A stretch of DNA of 64,000 nt. Source: Somniosus microcephalus (lineage: Eukaryota). The notes under the pieces were generated by a model. That model did not search any database. It worked only from the letters and a program-made list of their open reading frames with translations, and was not told the origin of the DNA. The stretch spans positions 3,844,001 to 3,908,000 of the forward strand of contig CM126227.1 in assembly GCA_052327205.1 (NCBI GenBank). Reading direction: 5' to 3'. A program made the position numbers and the translations under genes. Shown here one piece after another: positions 61,431 to 64,000 of this stretch (the first letter of the stretch is position 1; every line of letters begins with the position of its first letter).

Positions 61431-62495
61431 TGTTCCGCCATTCAATCAGATCATGCACGATCTGTATCTTAACTCCATCTACCCGCCTTGGTTCCGTAAC
61501 CCTTAATACCCTTGCCGACAAAAAATCTATCAATCTCAGTTTTGAAATTTTCAATTGACCTACTGTCAACAGCTTTTTGGGGGAGAGAGTTCCAGATTTC
61601 CGCTCCCCTTTGTGTGAAGAAGTGCTTCCTGACATCACCCCTGAACAACCTGGCTCTAATTTTAAGGTTATCCCCCACTGTTCTGGACCCCCCATTAGAG
61701 GAAATAGTTTGGGGTAAAAATTGTGGGGCGCTACCTTCGCTGGGGCGCTAATTTTAACGCCCTGAAAAAGTTAGCGCCCCCGCGGCCGATTTTCCCAGGT
61801 AGCGCCCCGAGAGGGAGAACGGGTGCTACTGGAAGCGGCCCGCGTCCCTCTTGGGGTGCTGCGAGCCAATATCACGACATGCCGCAGCGCATCACGTCGC
61901 GCTGTGGTACTGCAGGCCTTCCTCCCCTTATTAAAGGGGAGGGGCCTGGCGCAGCGCGTCCCGGCACCCAGCTGGGCCACCAGGGATCGGGAGTGCTGGC
62001 AAACAAGCCCGACATTCAAGAGGAGGGCCGGGCTCACAGAAAGCAGCCGGTACCCCGTGGGGGGGCTTCACGGGGGCCAGGGACAGCAACGGGGGCAGGT
62101 GCTGGCAGGCGGCCAACAACAAAAATGACCGCCCGCCATCTCCCCTTTAACTAGCGCCGCCCCGGCCGCAGTTAGGCCCCCCCTGACCCCGGCGGACATA
62201 GCGTCCGGTGGTAAGTCGGGGGGCGCCACCCAATATTACAGCTGGGGCGCGAGCGGGGCGCTGCGCATGGCGATGCCAACGGTTAGCGCCGCCACTAACC
62301 TCCCGCTGAATTTCGCGGGAGGCGTTAGCGGCACCGCGCCCAGGCGCTAGTTGATTTGCACCCCATTAGCGCCCTCTCAGGGCGCTAACGGGAGGTGCAA
62401 ATCAACCAAATTAAGCCCCCTTTCTCTCCATCTACCCTATCAACTCCTTTAATCATCTTAAACACCTCAATTAGATCAGCCCTTAATCTTCTATA
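61430..62495 (-). mobile_element. CR1 3' fragment interrupted by MITE E4
   Basis: ORF 61469-61678. The CR1 sequence GAAATAG-TTT-CTCTC is split by the insertion. Confidence 0.85.
61711..62420 (-). mobile_element. GC-rich MITE copy E4 (divergent)
   Basis: TTT|GGGGTAAAAATTG...CAAATTAAGCCCCC|TTT. Shares GGTACTGCAGGCCTTCCTCCC and other blocks with E2. Confidence 0.78.
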
Positions 62496-62714
62496 CATAG
62501 CGTCTGACTATCTCAAGAAACCATAGAACCACTTATAGTGCTGGGATATACAGTGGTCCCTACAGCCAGCCCAACTCTGACACCACGCGGAACCTGTCCA
62601 AACATGCTCAGCATTTCAAACCGCTTCAATAGCACCTGCTTCAGTGACTATGCGTTCAGTGGGTACTTGGCATAGATAATCTACCGTGCTTCTCCAGTGG
62701 GTTAATGGCTGGTT

Positions 62715-63087
62715 AGTAAAGCTCCCTCTACACTGTCCCATCCAACGCTCCCAGGGCAGGTACAGCACAGGTTAGATACAGAGTAAAGCTCCCTCTACAC
62801 TGTCCCATCAAATACTCCCAGGGCAGGTACAGCACGGGTTAGACACAGAGTACAGCTCCCTCTACACTGTCCCATCAAACACTCCCAGGGCAGGTACAGC
62901 ACGGGTTAGATACAGAGTAAAGCTCCCTCTACACTGTCCCATCAAACACTCCCAGGGCAGGTACAGCACAGGTTAGATACAGAGTAAAGCTCCCTCTACA
63001 CTGTCCCATCAAATACTCCCAGGGCAGGTACAGCACGGGTTAGACACAGAGTAAAGCTCCCTCTACACTGTCCCATCAAACACTCCC
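62715..63087. repeat. 67-bp tandem repeat, third array
   Basis: About 5.5 units. Confidence 0.95.
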
Positions 63088-64000
63088 GTGACTGGGCTGG
63101 ATTAACTGTGATTGGGCTGGATTAACCATGACTGGGCTGGATTAACCGTGACTGGGCTGGTTTAACCGTGATTGGGCTGGATTAACCGTGACTGGGTTGG
63201 GTTAACCGTGACTGGGCTGGATTAACCGTGACTGGATTGGATTAACCATGACTGGGCTGGTTTAACCGTGATTGGGCTGGATTAACCGTGACTGAACTGG
63301 ATTAACCGTGATTGGGCTGGTTTAACCGTGATTGGGCTGGATTAACTGTGACTGGGCTGGATTAACCGTGATTGGGCTGGTTTAACCGTGATTGGGCTGG
63401 ATTAACTGTGACTGGGCTGGATTAACTGTGATTAGGCTGGATTAACCGTGATTGGGCTGGATTAACTGTGACTGGGCTGGATTAACCGTGACTGGGCTGG
63501 TTTAACCGTGATTGGGCTGGATTAACTGTGAATGGGCTGGATTAACTGTGATTAGGCTGGATTAACTGTGATTAGGCTGGATTAACCGTGATTAGGCTGG
63601 ATTAACCGTGACTGGGCTGGTTTAACCGTGATTGGGCTGGATTAACTGTGACTGGGCTGGATTAACTGTGATTAGGCTGGATTAACTGTGATTAGGCTGG
63701 ATTAACCGTGATTAGGCTGGATTAACCGTGACTGGGCTGGATTAACCGTGATTAGGCTGGATTAACCGTGACTGGGCTGGATTAACCGTGACTGGGCTGG
63801 ATTAACCGTGATTAGGCTGGATTAACCGTGACTGGGCTGGATTAACCGTGACTGGGCTGGATTAACCGTGACTGGGCTGGATTAACCGTGACTGGGCTGG
63901 ATTAACCGTGACTGGGCTGGATTAACCGTGATTGGGCTGGATTAACTGTGACTGGGCTGGATTAACTGTGACTGGGCTGGATTAACCGTGACTGGGCTGG
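63088..64000. repeat. 20-bp minisatellite (GTGACTGGGCTGGATTAACC)n, running off the window
   Basis: About 45 units, period 20. Confidence 0.97.

Noticed and set aside
63088-64000. Telomere-like repeat (occasional ATTAGG)
   Set aside because: The unit is 20 bp and there are no tandem TTAGGG runs.

Overview
Eukaryotic, repeat-saturated DNA. The repeat set (tRNA-headed Deu-domain SINE, CR1, L2, RTE and Penelope fragments) points to a cartilaginous fish; this is an inference. I found no host protein-coding gene, rRNA, tRNA or CRISPR. Most long ORFs in the track are read-through of tandem repeats. The real coding sequence is all retroelement-derived: an RTE LINE (13.0-16.7 kb), a near-intact CR1 ORF2 (20.7-23.9 kb), a young internally deleted Gypsy LTR element with PBS, PPT and TSD (28.1-30.8 kb), an RTE-X ORF (52.9-54.7 kb) and many CR1 3' fragments. 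Main observations: (1) four ~700-bp CpG-rich MITEs with 3-bp TSDs, three of which keep a 20-bp CRE-containing palindrome and an 11-bp-stem hairpin despite strong divergence; (2) a 33-bp minisatellite that grows from inside a DeuSINE and may travel with it; (3) a Gypsy element whose two large pol deletions are both in frame; (4) a Penelope fragment starting at a degenerate hammerhead core, with a 15-bp TSD; (5) several satellites with higher-order structure. Coordinates were counted by hand: TIR/TSD/LTR boundaries should be near exact, fragment boundaries are approximate.
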